Assembly: GCA_910579455.1 (NCBI GenBank)
Contig: CAJTUT010000004.1
Coordinates: forward strand, 1,906 to 65,905
Direction: 5' to 3'
Length of the DNA: 64,000 nucleotides
DNA from: an uncultured Bacilli bacterium
Lineage (GTDB): Bacteria; Bacillota_I; Bacilli_A; RF39; UBA660
This document shows, in pieces, positions 51,402 through 60,620 of this stretch. Position 1 is the first letter of the stretch. Each line of letters starts with the position of its first letter. The notes beneath the pieces were generated by a model, which had not been told where the DNA came from, made no database searches, and worked only from the letters and a program-made list of their open reading frames with translations. A program made the position numbers and the translations under genes.

Positions 51402-51940
51402 ATTTTGATAGAGTATATAATAAGTCCTAGCTCATATTTCAGGGTTGGATGATGACGGAACAAAGGATCAATATATCAGGTTACTTGAGTTAATGTTGAT
51501 CAATAAGAATAAATAACCCTGAAAGAATAGAAAACAAAAGATTGAAGGGGCTAATTGCCCAGCAGCAGTATATGTAATTTTAAATCGGGATCAAGAAATA
51601 AGAAAGATTGTTCTTTTTTGATGGAGAGATTCGGTATAAATTGGATCCAAACTATATGAGGCAAGGATATATAATGTAAGCAGTGGAAAAGTTCTAAAAG
51701 CCAGTTCAAAAAGTTATTTTTTGTAATTGACAAGGATAATAAGGAATTCAAAAAATTTGCCAAGAAATTAAGATTTCAGAGAAATAAAAGAATAGGGTAG
51801 GCAAAGATTTACGTAAATTTTTAGACTAAATTCCGTTTTTAAATGAAATATTCAAACTATAAGACTTATTTCAGTTTTTTTATTATAAACAGAATTTCAA
51901 ATTAAATTTTAGGGTTGCAAAATATTTATCAAAAAAGTAC

Positions 51941-51969
51941 TTGAAACCTTCCTATTTTTGTTGTATAAT
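51941..51969 (+). promoter_or_regulatory. consensus sigma-A promoter of tRNA-Arg
   Basis: TTGAAA, a 17-nt spacer, then TATAAT. Sits about 20 nt upstream of the tRNA 5' end. Confidence 0.7.
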
Positions 51970-51990
51970 CTTATGTGTCAACAAAATTCT

Positions 51991-52067
51991 GTCTGCGTAG
52001 CTCAGCTGGATAGAGCAATCGCCTTCTAAGCGATCGGTCAGGCGTTCGAGTCGCCTCGCGGACACCA
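51991..52067 (+). tRNA. tRNA-Arg (anticodon TCT), CCA encoded
   Basis: Acceptor stem GTCTGCG/CGCGGAC, D arm TAGCTCAGCTGGATAGAGC, anticodon loop CTTCTAA, T arm GGCGTTCGAGTCGCC, then ACCA. Confidence 0.9.
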
Positions 52068-52077
52068 CTTAAAGATT

Positions 52078-52103
52078 AACTCTTGTAATACAAGAGTTTT
52101 TTT
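52078..52103 (+). terminator. rho-independent terminator after the tRNA
   Basis: AACTCTTG-5 nt-CAAGAGTT followed by a T run. Confidence 0.8.
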
Positions 52104-52170
52104 GTGATTTTTCTTGCGTTTATTTAAGACGTGTGATATAATATGCAACTAAGAGAGGGGGGGATATTAT

Positions 52171-52347
52171 ATGACATATAAAATGCAATATATTGAAAAC
52201 AGGAGGAAAATGATAGCAATTTCATTGATAGGAATTATATTATTTTGTAGTATGTTTTTACTAAACTATTGTTTTAACTACAAGACTGCAGCTACCAATA
52301 CAGATGTAAAAACAAATGCCTCTGGTGCTATGGAAACTACTAAGTAA
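52171..52347 (+). CDS. 58-aa single-pass membrane peptide (candidate immunity or other bacteriocin-locus protein)
   Basis: Not in the ORF track. An extended -10 TGATATAAT lies upstream and the RBS is a G7 tract (52157-52163). Sequence: MTYKMQYIENRRKMIAISLIGIILFCSMFLLNYCFNYKTAATNTDVKTNASGAMETTK. Confidence 0.45.
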   Translation: MTYKMQYIENRRKMIAISLIGIILFCSMFLLNYCFNYKTAATNTDVKTNASGAMETTK

Positions 52348-52501
52348 AATTACTAGTAACAGCAAGAATAAGAATTGTAGATTCATTTGAATAAAAAGGG
52401 ATGATAAGATATTATACAAAATGTAAATTTGTATAATATCTTAATTTTTTTAGGAAAAATGTTCAACTTCTACTAATAATATGGTAGGAGGTAAAATAAG
52501 A

Positions 52502-54565
52502 ATGAAAGTGGTATTACAGGATGGCATTAAAGATTGTGGAATTTGTTGCCTTCTTTCTATTATCAAGCACTATAATGGAAAAGTATCAAAAGAATATTTA
52601 AGGCAATTAACAAACACAACTAAGAATGGGGTATCCCTATTTAATTTATTAGAGGCATCAAAGAAAATAGGATTTGAAGTAGAAGCCGTAAAAGGCGATA
52701 TAGAAAAAATTAATGCAGATAACTTACCCTGTATCGCACATGTAATTATAAATAAAAGCCATCATCATTTTATAGTAATTTATAAAATAGATGAGGTTGG
52801 TCAAAAAATCTTAGTTATGGATCCTTCCCAAGGAAAAAGAACTTTTTCTACTTCAGAGTTTAAGTTGATGACTAGTAATCATTATTTGTTTTTAAAACCC
52901 ATTCAAAAATTACCAATATTTCATGATAATAAAATAATTAGAAAATCAATTTGTTTATTTCTAAAAAAGAAGAAGCATTATATATTATTTCTTTTCTTCT
53001 TAACTATATTTTACTTTGTATTTAATGTCTTTTCTTCTTATCATTTTAAATATTTAATTGATTATGGCATTAACTATAATACAAGTAATAACTTAGGACT
53101 CATAAGTTTTGTAGTTTTATTTATTTACTTATTAAAAGAATTCTCATCCCTTTTCAGAAAAATATTATTATTGAAATATGGTCTATTGTTTGATCAAAGT
53201 ATTACCATAAAAACACTCAATCAGCTTATTTTACTTCCTTATCTTTATTATAAAAATAGGACAACAGGGGAGGTTATCACAAGAGTTAAAGATCTGTCTA
53301 TAATCAAAGAGTATTTAACGTTAGTTCTTTTATTTGTTACTACAGATCTTGTTAGTATCCTAATTTTTATAATTCTCTTATTTAATATCAATAAAAAACT
53401 TTCTGTAATAGCACTATTCTTATTATTGTTTTTGATTTTAATTAGCATTGTTTTTAAAAGGATAGCAAAGCAAAAAACGGAAAGACTATATCGAGAGGAG
53501 GAACAGATCAATTCATTTTTAATTGAAACATTATCTAGTGTAGAAGCAATTAAGGGAATGCATATAGAATTTCGTATCATTAAGAAATTTATTAGAAAGT
53601 ATAGAAATTTTTTAAGCTCTCTGTACTCTTTATCACTAACATCCGAAGTAGTTGTAGTATTAAAAAGTATAGTCTATAATATATTTATGGTGATTATTTT
53701 ATATTATGGATCAAGTTATATAATAAAAGGTCAAGTAAGTTTAAGTGATATAATCGTATTTCAAAGTATACTGAGTTTTTATACTAACTCTTTTCAAAGC
53801 CTAATTAATATTATTACAGAATATCCCAGATATAAAGTAGCAAGTGAAAGGATAGAAGATTTATTTACTATCAAAAAAGAAGTATTCCAAGGAGGTAATT
53901 ATTATAAATTATATAGTTTGGAGGGGGATATTTTTTATCATAATTTAACATATTCCTATAATGGAAAACTTCTATTAGATCATATTAATTTAACCATTAG
54001 ATTTGGTGAAAAGATCTTTTTATATGGACCAAGTGGAGTAGGAAAATCAACACTTATAAAAATTTTAATGAGATATATAGAGGTCCCTTTTAATAGTTTA
54101 TCTGTAAATGGGATTGATATAAATCATTATCATTTAGATGTATTAAGGGAACATATTACATATATTTCACAGCAAGAATTTTTATTTAATGATACAATTT
54201 TGAATAATATTAGACTATATCGGAATTTTCCAAAAGAAGAAGTTCAAAAGGTTATGAATTTAACATTAGTTGATGAGGTGGCATCTATGGATAAACTAGT
54301 AGAAGAAAATGGCTTTAATTTTAGTGGAGGGGAAAGACAAAGAATTGTTTTAGCTAGAAGTATTTTAAAGAAAAGTGATATCTATATTTTTGATGAGGCA
54401 TTTAGCCAAATTGATACAATAAGAGAAAGAAAGATACTTTTAAATATATTTGGATATTTAAAAAATAAGACGATTATTGTAATATCTCATCGCTTTGATA
54501 ATAAAGAATTATTTGATAGGGTTATAGCTTTAAAAAACGGACAAATCAATGAAGAAAAATTATGA
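52502..54565 (+). CDS. bacteriocin ABC exporter with N-terminal C39 peptidase domain
   Basis: QDGIKDCGICCL catalytic Cys, HHFIVIYKID...VMDPSQG, six TM helices, Walker A GPSGVGKST, signature FSGGERQR and Walker B IYIFDEA. The start is taken at the ATG at 52502, after AGGAGG. Confidence 0.9.
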   Translation: MKVVLQDGIKDCGICCLLSIIKHYNGKVSKEYLRQLTNTTKNGVSLFNLLEASKKIGFEVEAVKGDIEKINADNLPCIAHVIINKSHHHFIVIYKIDEVGQKILVMDPSQGKRTFSTSEFKLMTSNHYLFLKPIQKLPIFHDNKIIRKSICLFLKKKKHYILFLFFLTIFYFVFNVFSSYHFKYLIDYGINYNTSNNLGLISFVVLFIYLLKEFSSLFRKILLLKYGLLFDQSITIKTLNQLILLPYLYYKNRTTGEVITRVKDLSIIKEYLTLVLLFVTTDLVSILIFIILLFNINKKLSVIALFLLLFLILISIVFKRIAKQKTERLYREEEQINSFLIETLSSVEAIKGMHIEFRIIKKFIRKYRNFLSSLYSLSLTSEVVVVLKSIVYNIFMVIILYYGSSYIIKGQVSLSDIIVFQSILSFYTNSFQSLINIITEYPRYKVASERIEDLFTIKKEVFQGGNYYKLYSLEGDIFYHNLTYSYNGKLLLDHINLTIRFGEKIFLYGPSGVGKSTLIKILMRYIEVPFNSLSVNGIDINHYHLDVLREHITYISQQEFLFNDTILNNIRLYRNFPKEEVQKVMNLTLVDEVASMDKLVEENGFNFSGGERQRIVLARSILKKSDIYIFDEAFSQIDTIRERKILLNIFGYLKNKTIIVISHRFDNKELFDRVIALKNGQINEEKL

Positions 54566-54950
54566 AAAAAACCAATTAATAATTAGTATTAGTTTTATAT
54601 TTATCATTTTATGTACCTTATTTTTAACTCATATCTTTACGTATAGATACCGTAGTTACCAGGTATTAGATTCTATATTAATTAGTAAAAATTACATAAA
54701 ATTAATGATAACAACAAAGGAATTAACATTATTAAAAAAGAGTAATTTTATATTAATTGATAATACAAAAAGAAAAATAGAAATAACTCATGTTCAAAGA
54801 AATGTTTTAAAAAGAAAGGTATCCTATCATGATGTAATAATCAGAGTAAAAACACCTAAAAAATATCATGATGGAGATTATATGAAAGTGACAGTATATG
54901 AACAAAAACGACGTATGATTCATATATTTAAGTCATGTTGGAAGGAGTGA
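54549..54950 (+). CDS. 133-aa single-pass accessory protein (miniature HlyD/LcnD-like?)
   Basis: Overlaps the exporter stop by 17 nt. It has an N-terminal TM helix and a beta-rich basic C-terminus. The position matches that of a bacteriocin accessory protein, but it is about one third of the usual size. Confidence 0.5.
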   Translation: MKKNYEKNQLIISISFIFIILCTLFLTHIFTYRYRSYQVLDSILISKNYIKLMITTKELTLLKKSNFILIDNTKRKIEITHVQRNVLKRKVSYHDVIIRVKTPKKYHDGDYMKVTVYEQKRRMIHIFKSCWKE

Positions 54951-54952
54951 AT

Positions 54953-55093
54953 ATGAAAAGGTTAGATACAAAAGAATTAGAAAGGATAACAGGTGGATTT
55001 TCTACTTGGGCTGCTTTGGGAATTGTGTCAGCAGTATTATTCCTATCAGGAGTATTTGGTGGAATTGTTCATCCTAAATCATGCGGGGAATGA
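54953..55093 (+). CDS. double-glycine-leader bacteriocin precursor A (46 aa)
   Basis: Not in the ORF track. RBS GGAAGGAG. The leader MKRLDTKELERITGG fits the L(-12) E(-8) L(-7) I(-4) G G consensus. The mature peptide is FSTWAALGIVSAVLFLSGVFGGIVHPKSCGE. Confidence 0.8.
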   Translation: MKRLDTKELERITGGFSTWAALGIVSAVLFLSGVFGGIVHPKSCGE

Positions 55094-55263
55094 CACCGAT
55101 CAAAGAGGATACAACAAGAAATATAATAGGTGGTTCCAATTATGTTAGTGGAACTGTAATTAACGCCTTGGTAAATGTAATTAAATTATTGATGGATGCG
55201 GGACAAACAGTTGGCTCTTCTATAAGAAGGGTAGTAGATCATAATGTATGTCCATTAAAGTAA
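55090..55263 (+). CDS. double-glycine-leader bacteriocin precursor B (57 aa)
   Basis: The ATG overlaps the stop of peptide A (ATGA). The leader is MTPIKEDTTRNIIGG. The mature peptide is SNYVSGTVINALVNVIKLLMDAGQTVGSSIRRVVDHNVCPLK, with a GQTVG motif. Confidence 0.65.
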   Translation: MTPIKEDTTRNIIGGSNYVSGTVINALVNVIKLLMDAGQTVGSSIRRVVDHNVCPLK

Positions 55264-55492
55264 TCAGAAATCATAAAAAGATAATATATTATAGTCTAGT
55301 TATTTTAATTCCAGTGTTTTTATATCTATTTTAATTTACCTATTCTATAGGTAATTATTTTGGCATATTTTTAATAAATATTTATAAAATTATATCAAAG
55401 TAGAAAATAAATAAAAAAAATGTCAAAAATCATTGAAAAATAAAGAAAAATTTGTTATAATCATTTTTAGAAAAAGCGAAGGGAGGGATAAG

Positions 55493-55711
55493 ATGGCAAC
55501 TCAAGTCACTGTAAAAAATGGAAATTTGGATATGGCTTTAAAAAAATTTAAACAAAAAGTAGCTAGAGACGGTGTCCCTTCAGAATGTAAAAAAAGAGAA
55601 TGTTATGATAAACCAGGAGTAAGAAGACGTAATGCGAAAAAAGAAGGAATCAAGAATTCTAGAAAGAGAGATAAAAATAGAGATAAGAAAGAACGAAAAA
55701 ATAGAGATTAA
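55493..55711 (+). CDS. rpsU: 30S ribosomal protein S21
   Basis: MATQVTVKNGNLDMALKKFKQKVARDG... with a long Lys/Arg-rich tail. The start is taken at the ATG at 55493, after GGGAGGG. Confidence 0.88.
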   Translation: MATQVTVKNGNLDMALKKFKQKVARDGVPSECKKRECYDKPGVRRRNAKKEGIKNSRKRDKNRDKKERKNRD

Positions 55712-55810
55712 TTAAAATCTCTATTTTTTTCAACCTGAGAATACTTCATAAATATAAATATCTAGCTAATTAGAAGGTTTAGGTGTATAATATATAAGGA
55801 GAGTGATAAA

Positions 55811-56254
55811 ATGGAATTAGTAGAAAAATTGAAAAATGATATGATTGGTGCTATGAAAGCAAAAGATAAGGAACGACTTACTGTAATTCGAATGGTGAAA
55901 GCGGCTTTAGATAAAGAACGAATTGATAAAAAAGTAGAGATTAATGATGGATTATTAATTGATGTAGTAAATAAACAAGTAAAATTACGTAAAGACTCTA
56001 TCGAGGAGTTTAAAAAGGCATCCAGGACAGACTTAATAGAAAAAACAGAACACGAGTTGAATGTATTGATGGATTATTTACCAGAACCATTAAGTAAAGA
56101 AGAGGTAGACAGAATTATAGAAGAAGAGATTAAAAATGTGAATGCAGAAAGTATCAAAGATATGGGAAAAATAATGAAACAAGTAACCCCCAGAGTAAAA
56201 GGAAAATTTGATATGAGACAAGTTAGCGAGATTATAAAAAAGAAACTGAATTGA
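55811..56254 (+). CDS. yqeY: GatB/YqeY domain protein
   Basis: 147 aa with LKNDMIGAMKAKDKERLTVIRMVKAAL. Conserved position after rpsU. Confidence 0.88.
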   Translation: MELVEKLKNDMIGAMKAKDKERLTVIRMVKAALDKERIDKKVEINDGLLIDVVNKQVKLRKDSIEEFKKASRTDLIEKTEHELNVLMDYLPEPLSKEEVDRIIEEEIKNVNAESIKDMGKIMKQVTPRVKGKFDMRQVSEIIKKKLN

Positions 56255-56372
56255 TCCTTAGATGGTTAATTCTTTTTTATTGAAAGAGAAATGAATTATT
56301 ATATTCCAATTTATTTTCCTTTTTAAACGACTTATTCTTGTTGCAAAAACATATCCTTAATTAGGTGATAGA

Positions 56373-56615
56373 ATGTTTCAGTCTATAAAAAATTATATCA
56401 ATGATAATGAATTTAAGTTGACTGTATTTGAAGATAGAGTCTATGTAGCAAATTATCTAAAAATTATTTCTTTGGAAGATGAGAGAATCTCATTTTTGAC
56501 ACAGAAAGGGAGAATTATCATTAAGGGAAATAATTTATGCCTAAATAAATTATTAGAAGACGAGGTTTTAATCAGTGGAAGAGTATCTAATATTGAGGTA
56601 GATTTTAATGAATAG
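56373..56615 (+). CDS. yqfC: sporulation protein YqfC
   Basis: 80 aa with the YabP/YqfC pattern. Immediately upstream of and overlapping yqfD. Confidence 0.75.
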   Translation: MFQSIKNYINDNEFKLTVFEDRVYVANYLKIISLEDERISFLTQKGRIIIKGNNLCLNKLLEDEVLISGRVSNIEVDFNE

Positions 56616-57792
56616 TAAATATCAATTAAAAATTACTGGGAAAAATCCTAAAAGATTCCTAAAAGATTTAATAAAATTAAAAATATCACTCTATCATATG
56701 GAAAATCATGATAAATACTCTATCATAATAGTAGATGGAAATGGTTTGAATGAGATAAGGAAATTAAAAACAAGTTATCAAATTAGATTAGTTAGGGAAT
56801 ATGGTTATATTAAATATAAACACTTATTAAAAAAATATATTTGGTTTTTGCTTTCTTTGGTTTTGTCTATTATCATAATAGAAGGCTTATCAAATGTTGT
56901 TTTCTCGGTAGAAGTAGAGCACTCTAAAAAAGAAATTAGAGAACTTATTTTAAATGATTTAGAAACATATGGAATTAAGAAATATCATTTTAGAGTAAGC
57001 TATCAAAAAAAAGAGCAGATCAAGAAGAAGATATTAGCTAAGGAAACGGATCGAATAGAATGGCTAGAAATTGAAAGAGTTGGTACCAAATATATTGTAT
57101 CGGTAGAAGAAAGAATTAAAAATGAAGGACCTAAAAATAGAAATGCACAAAACATTATTGCTAAAAAGGATGCTATGATTTTACGGATTAATGCGACCAG
57201 TGGCGAGGTAGTAAAAAAAAGATATGACTATGTAAAAAAAGGAGACATTTTAATCAGTGGATTTATAACAAGAGATGAGAAAATAGTCTCTAAAACCAGG
57301 GCTGATGGAAAAGTTTTTGGTGAAGTATGGTACAAAGTAAATATTGATTTACCTAAAAAATATCAAGTGATCAATAAAACTGGAAAAAGAAAGAAAAAAA
57401 TAGAGTTAAAAATTTTTGATAAGAGTTTATTTTTATTTGAACTTAATCAATATAAAACTTACCAAGTACAAAGAAAAACAATAATAAAAAACCCAATTAT
57501 TCCTTTGGGGATTTATAATACAACAATTCATGAAACCAAAGAGATCTCTAAAAATTATAATCATAATAACGCCTCACAAGAGGCAATGAAAATTGCTAGC
57601 AGGAAATTATTAGAAAAATTAGGGGATGAAGATCGTATTATTTCTAAAAAAGTTTTGAAAAAGACAGAAAAAAATAGTAGAATAATAGTAGAGGTATTTT
57701 TTAAAGTAGAAGAAGACATTAGAGATACAGAAAATATAGAAAATATCAAAATAGAGGATATAGAAGGTGAAAAGAGTGAACCAAGTAACTAA
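56608..57792 (+). CDS. yqfD: sporulation protein YqfD
   Basis: 394 aa with one central TM helix. Size and position match yqfD. Confidence 0.75.
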   Translation: MNSKYQLKITGKNPKRFLKDLIKLKISLYHMENHDKYSIIIVDGNGLNEIRKLKTSYQIRLVREYGYIKYKHLLKKYIWFLLSLVLSIIIIEGLSNVVFSVEVEHSKKEIRELILNDLETYGIKKYHFRVSYQKKEQIKKKILAKETDRIEWLEIERVGTKYIVSVEERIKNEGPKNRNAQNIIAKKDAMILRINATSGEVVKKRYDYVKKGDILISGFITRDEKIVSKTRADGKVFGEVWYKVNIDLPKKYQVINKTGKRKKKIELKIFDKSLFLFELNQYKTYQVQRKTIIKNPIIPLGIYNTTIHETKEISKNYNHNNASQEAMKIASRKLLEKLGDEDRIISKKVLKKTEKNSRIIVEVFFKVEEDIRDTENIENIKIEDIEGEKSEPSN

Positions 57793-58372
57793 AACGATTC
57801 AGGATGTTATAGATATGACTTGGCCTATGATTTTAATATCAATTGTAATTATTGTTTCATTAAGAATTACGTATTTAATAAAAAATCATAAGCATTTAAT
57901 TTTATATAAAGAACTTTTCATGTTATCATTTATTATTTATATATTGTGTTTGTTTCAAGTAGTAACTTTTCAAGATGATGTTACTTGGAGTAGTAATAAT
58001 TTTATTCCGTTTAGGGAAATATTTAGATATCGATTAGGAAGTCGCCTATTTTTAAAAAATGTATTAGGAAATGTACTACTTTTTATGCCCTTTGGCTTTT
58101 TTGCTAGTTACTATTTAAATGTTAAAAAATCATATAGTATTATTATTCTAACTATGATAGCATCTATATCTATTGAATCTGTACAAATGTCAATAGGAAG
58201 GGTATTTGATGTAGATGATATTTTACTTAATATCTGTGGAGGGATTTTAGGATATGTGGTATATTACTTTTTAAAGAAGCTAACAAATAAGTTGCCAGAA
58301 TTTATGAAAAATGAGATGTTTTTAAATGTTATATCGATTATAATATTGTTAGGAGTTATTTGTTTAATATAG
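57767..58372 (+). CDS. VanZ-like membrane protein
   Basis: Four TM helices, NFIPFREI and LGNVLLFMPFGFF motifs. The start is uncertain (GTG at 57767 or ATG at 57815). Confidence 0.7.
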   Translation: MKRVNQVTKTIQDVIDMTWPMILISIVIIVSLRITYLIKNHKHLILYKELFMLSFIIYILCLFQVVTFQDDVTWSSNNFIPFREIFRYRLGSRLFLKNVLGNVLLFMPFGFFASYYLNVKKSYSIIILTMIASISIESVQMSIGRVFDVDDILLNICGGILGYVVYYFLKKLTNKLPEFMKNEMFLNVISIIILLGVICLI

Positions 58373-58380
58373 GTGGTTGT

Positions 58381-58830
58381 ATGAATAATATAGAAATTTT
58401 TAATCAAACGCATGAAGATATAAAAGAACTAATTATGATCAGAAAAGTTTTAGAATATGCTATTAAAAAAGAGGAGTTAAATCAGGTAGAGTTTAATGTA
58501 ATTTTAGTAGATAATGATTATATTCACAATTTGAATAAAGAGTATCGAAATATAGATCGGGAAACAGATGTCATAACATTTGCTTTGGAGGATGATAAGA
58601 TATTAGTTAATGCTAGTAACAGTAGAATTTTAGGCGATATTTATATCTCAGTAGAAAAGGCAAAGGAACAGGCACTAGAATACCAACATTCTTTTAAAAG
58701 AGAAATTATTTTCTTGGCGGTTCATGGATTCTATCATTTATTAGGTTATGATCATAGAAACAAAGAAGAGGAAGAAATAATGTTTCGAAAACAGGAGGAA
58801 GTATTAGATGAATTCAAGATCAAAAGATAG
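58381..58830 (+). CDS. ybeY: rRNA maturation endoribonuclease YbeY
   Basis: HGFYHLLGYDH zinc motif. The start is taken at the ATG at 58381, after AGGTGG. Confidence 0.9.
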   Translation: MNNIEIFNQTHEDIKELIMIRKVLEYAIKKEELNQVEFNVILVDNDYIHNLNKEYRNIDRETDVITFALEDDKILVNASNSRILGDIYISVEKAKEQALEYQHSFKREIIFLAVHGFYHLLGYDHRNKEEEEIMFRKQEEVLDEFKIKR

Positions 58831-59221
58831 GAATAATAAAAAAATTTTAGATAAAAAAAGATTAAGAAATAGTTTTAAATTTGCCTTTCAAGGAGTAATA
58901 ACAGCTTATAAAACAGAACAAAATTTAAGAATCCACACGATGGTAGCAATTGTTGTAATTATTTTAGGATTGACCTTTCAAATTAGCGACTTGGAATGGT
59001 TTATTTGTTTAATCTTAATTGGACTGGTATTGATGGCTGAGTTTTTCAATACTGCATTAGAAAATATTGTAGATATGATTACAATGGAAATTAATCCATA
59101 TGCCAAGAAAGCCAAAGATATGGCAAGTAGTGGGGTCCTTGCTATGGCAATTATATCTGCAATAGTGGGATTGATTATTTTTCTTCCAAAAGTCATTCAT
59201 TTAATAGGAGGTATATTATGA
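58808..59221 (+). CDS. dgkA: diacylglycerol/undecaprenol kinase
   Basis: Three TM helices with AEFFNTALENIVD. Conserved position. Confidence 0.88.
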   Translation: MNSRSKDRNNKKILDKKRLRNSFKFAFQGVITAYKTEQNLRIHTMVAIVVIILGLTFQISDLEWFICLILIGLVLMAEFFNTALENIVDMITMEINPYAKKAKDMASSGVLAMAIISAIVGLIIFLPKVIHLIGGIL

Positions 59222-59601
59222 AAGAGAAGTTATTACAGTTACATAAAAATAGTTATTGTCCATATTCTAATTTTCAAGTTTCAGCAGCAGTAGTGATGAA
59301 AGATGGAAAAGAATTTTATGGAGTAAATGTAGAAAATTCTAATGGGACAAGCATATGTGCTGAGAGAAATGCAATAGCTAGTGCGGTATGTGCAGGGTAT
59401 AAAAGGGGGGATTTTTTAGAGTTAAATGTAATGGTATCTAGTGGAAAGATAGGGACTCCCTGTTTTGCCTGTCGTCAAGTTATTATAGAGTTTTTCGGTT
59501 TAAAAGATACTATCCGATGCTTTGCAACAACGGGCGAGTATAAAGAGTATACAGTGAAAGAACTATGCCCTTATCCCTTTGGAAGCGGGGACTTAGTATG
59601 A
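59218..59601 (+). CDS. cdd: cytidine deaminase
   Basis: CAERNAI and PCFACRQ zinc ligands. 127 aa. Confidence 0.92.
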   Translation: MKEKLLQLHKNSYCPYSNFQVSAAVVMKDGKEFYGVNVENSNGTSICAERNAIASAVCAGYKRGDFLELNVMVSSGKIGTPCFACRQVIIEFFGLKDTIRCFATTGEYKEYTVKELCPYPFGSGDLV

Positions 59602-60488
59602 AAAAATGTGGTTTTGTTAGTTTAGTAGGAAGACCTAATGTAGGTAAAAGCACTTTACTGAATCAATTGTTAGGAATGAAGTTAGCTATTACCTCTAATG
59701 TTAGTGGGACCACAAGAAATGTAATACAGGGAATCTACAATGATTCAGAATCCCAAATTATTTTTGTGGATACACCAGGAATTCATAAACCTACTCATAA
59801 GTTGGGGAGTATAATGAATAAAAAGGCTTATCATAATACAGAAGGTGTTGATGTTATCCTATTCTTGATTGATATAGATAGGGGATTTGGTAGAGGAGAT
59901 CAGTTTGTCTTAGACAAAATAAAAGACAAGAATATTCCAGTATTTTTATTATTAAATAAAATAGATAAAATAAAAAATAAGGAAGTTCTATTAGAAAAAA
60001 TTAATGAACTAAAGGAGTTATATCCCTTTAAAGAAATCATTCCAATTTCTGCTATCAAAAAGGATAATATAAATGTAGTAATAAATTGTATTAAAAGCTA
60101 TTTATATGAAGGTGAAAAAATCTATAGTGAGGATGAACTTACCAATGTTTCCACTCGATTTATAATAGCAGAGATGGTAAGAGAGAAAATATTAGAATTA
60201 ACAAAAGAGGAGATTCCTCATACAGTTACTTGTTATGTAGAAAATTATGAAGAGGAAGAAAAGTTAGTCCATATTCAAGTATTAGTGGTAGTAGAAAGGG
60301 ACAATATCAAAAAAATTATAATTGGCAAAAATGGCTCCATGTTAAAAGAAATTGGAATAAGATCTAGAGCAGATATGGAAAGTTTTTTAGGTAAAAAGGT
60401 ATATTTGGAAACCTATGTAAAAACCTTAAAAAATTGGAGAGATCAAGAGAAATATTTCCAAGAACTAGGTTTTGAGGATGATGAATAA
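59598..60488 (+). CDS. era: GTPase Era
   Basis: GRPNVGKST, DTPG and NKID motifs with a KH domain. The start is taken at the ATG at 59598, which overlaps the cdd stop (ATGA). Confidence 0.93.
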   Translation: MKKCGFVSLVGRPNVGKSTLLNQLLGMKLAITSNVSGTTRNVIQGIYNDSESQIIFVDTPGIHKPTHKLGSIMNKKAYHNTEGVDVILFLIDIDRGFGRGDQFVLDKIKDKNIPVFLLLNKIDKIKNKEVLLEKINELKELYPFKEIIPISAIKKDNINVVINCIKSYLYEGEKIYSEDELTNVSTRFIIAEMVREKILELTKEEIPHTVTCYVENYEEEEKLVHIQVLVVVERDNIKKIIIGKNGSMLKEIGIRSRADMESFLGKKVYLETYVKTLKNWRDQEKYFQELGFEDDE

Positions 60489-60529
60489 AAAAAATGAAAA
60501 GTCACCACTATATAAATAGAGGTGATTTT

Positions 60530-60616
60530 ATGAATGATGTAGTTTGGAATTTGTTTAGAAAAACAGGAGATATTAAATACTATATATTATTAAAAAATAT
60601 AAATAAAAAGAAGTGA
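60530..60616 (+). CDS. yqzL: YqzL-like small protein (28 aa)
   Basis: Not in the ORF track. MNDVVWNLFRKTGDIKYYILLKNINKKK matches the W..F..TG.I..YLL pattern. It sits between era and recO, as in Bacillus. Confidence 0.6.
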   Translation: MNDVVWNLFRKTGDIKYYILLKNINKKK

Positions 60617-60620
60617 TAAA

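Noticed and set aside
51441-51524. 10-nt inverted repeat TTTCAGGGTT / AACCCTGAAA enclosing about 65 nt, considered as a possible structured RNA upstream of the tRNA.
   Set aside because: No recognisable riboswitch or sRNA motif, no promoter or terminator framing it, and the surrounding 51402-51900 region reads like decayed coding sequence. Too weak to call.
51991-55430. Integrated island with att repeats, meaning a direct repeat of the tRNA-Arg 3' end downstream of the bacteriocin locus.
   Set aside because: I found no copy of the tRNA 3' segment (TCGAGTCGCCTCGCGGACA) between 52100 and 55490, and there is no integrase. Only positional evidence remains.
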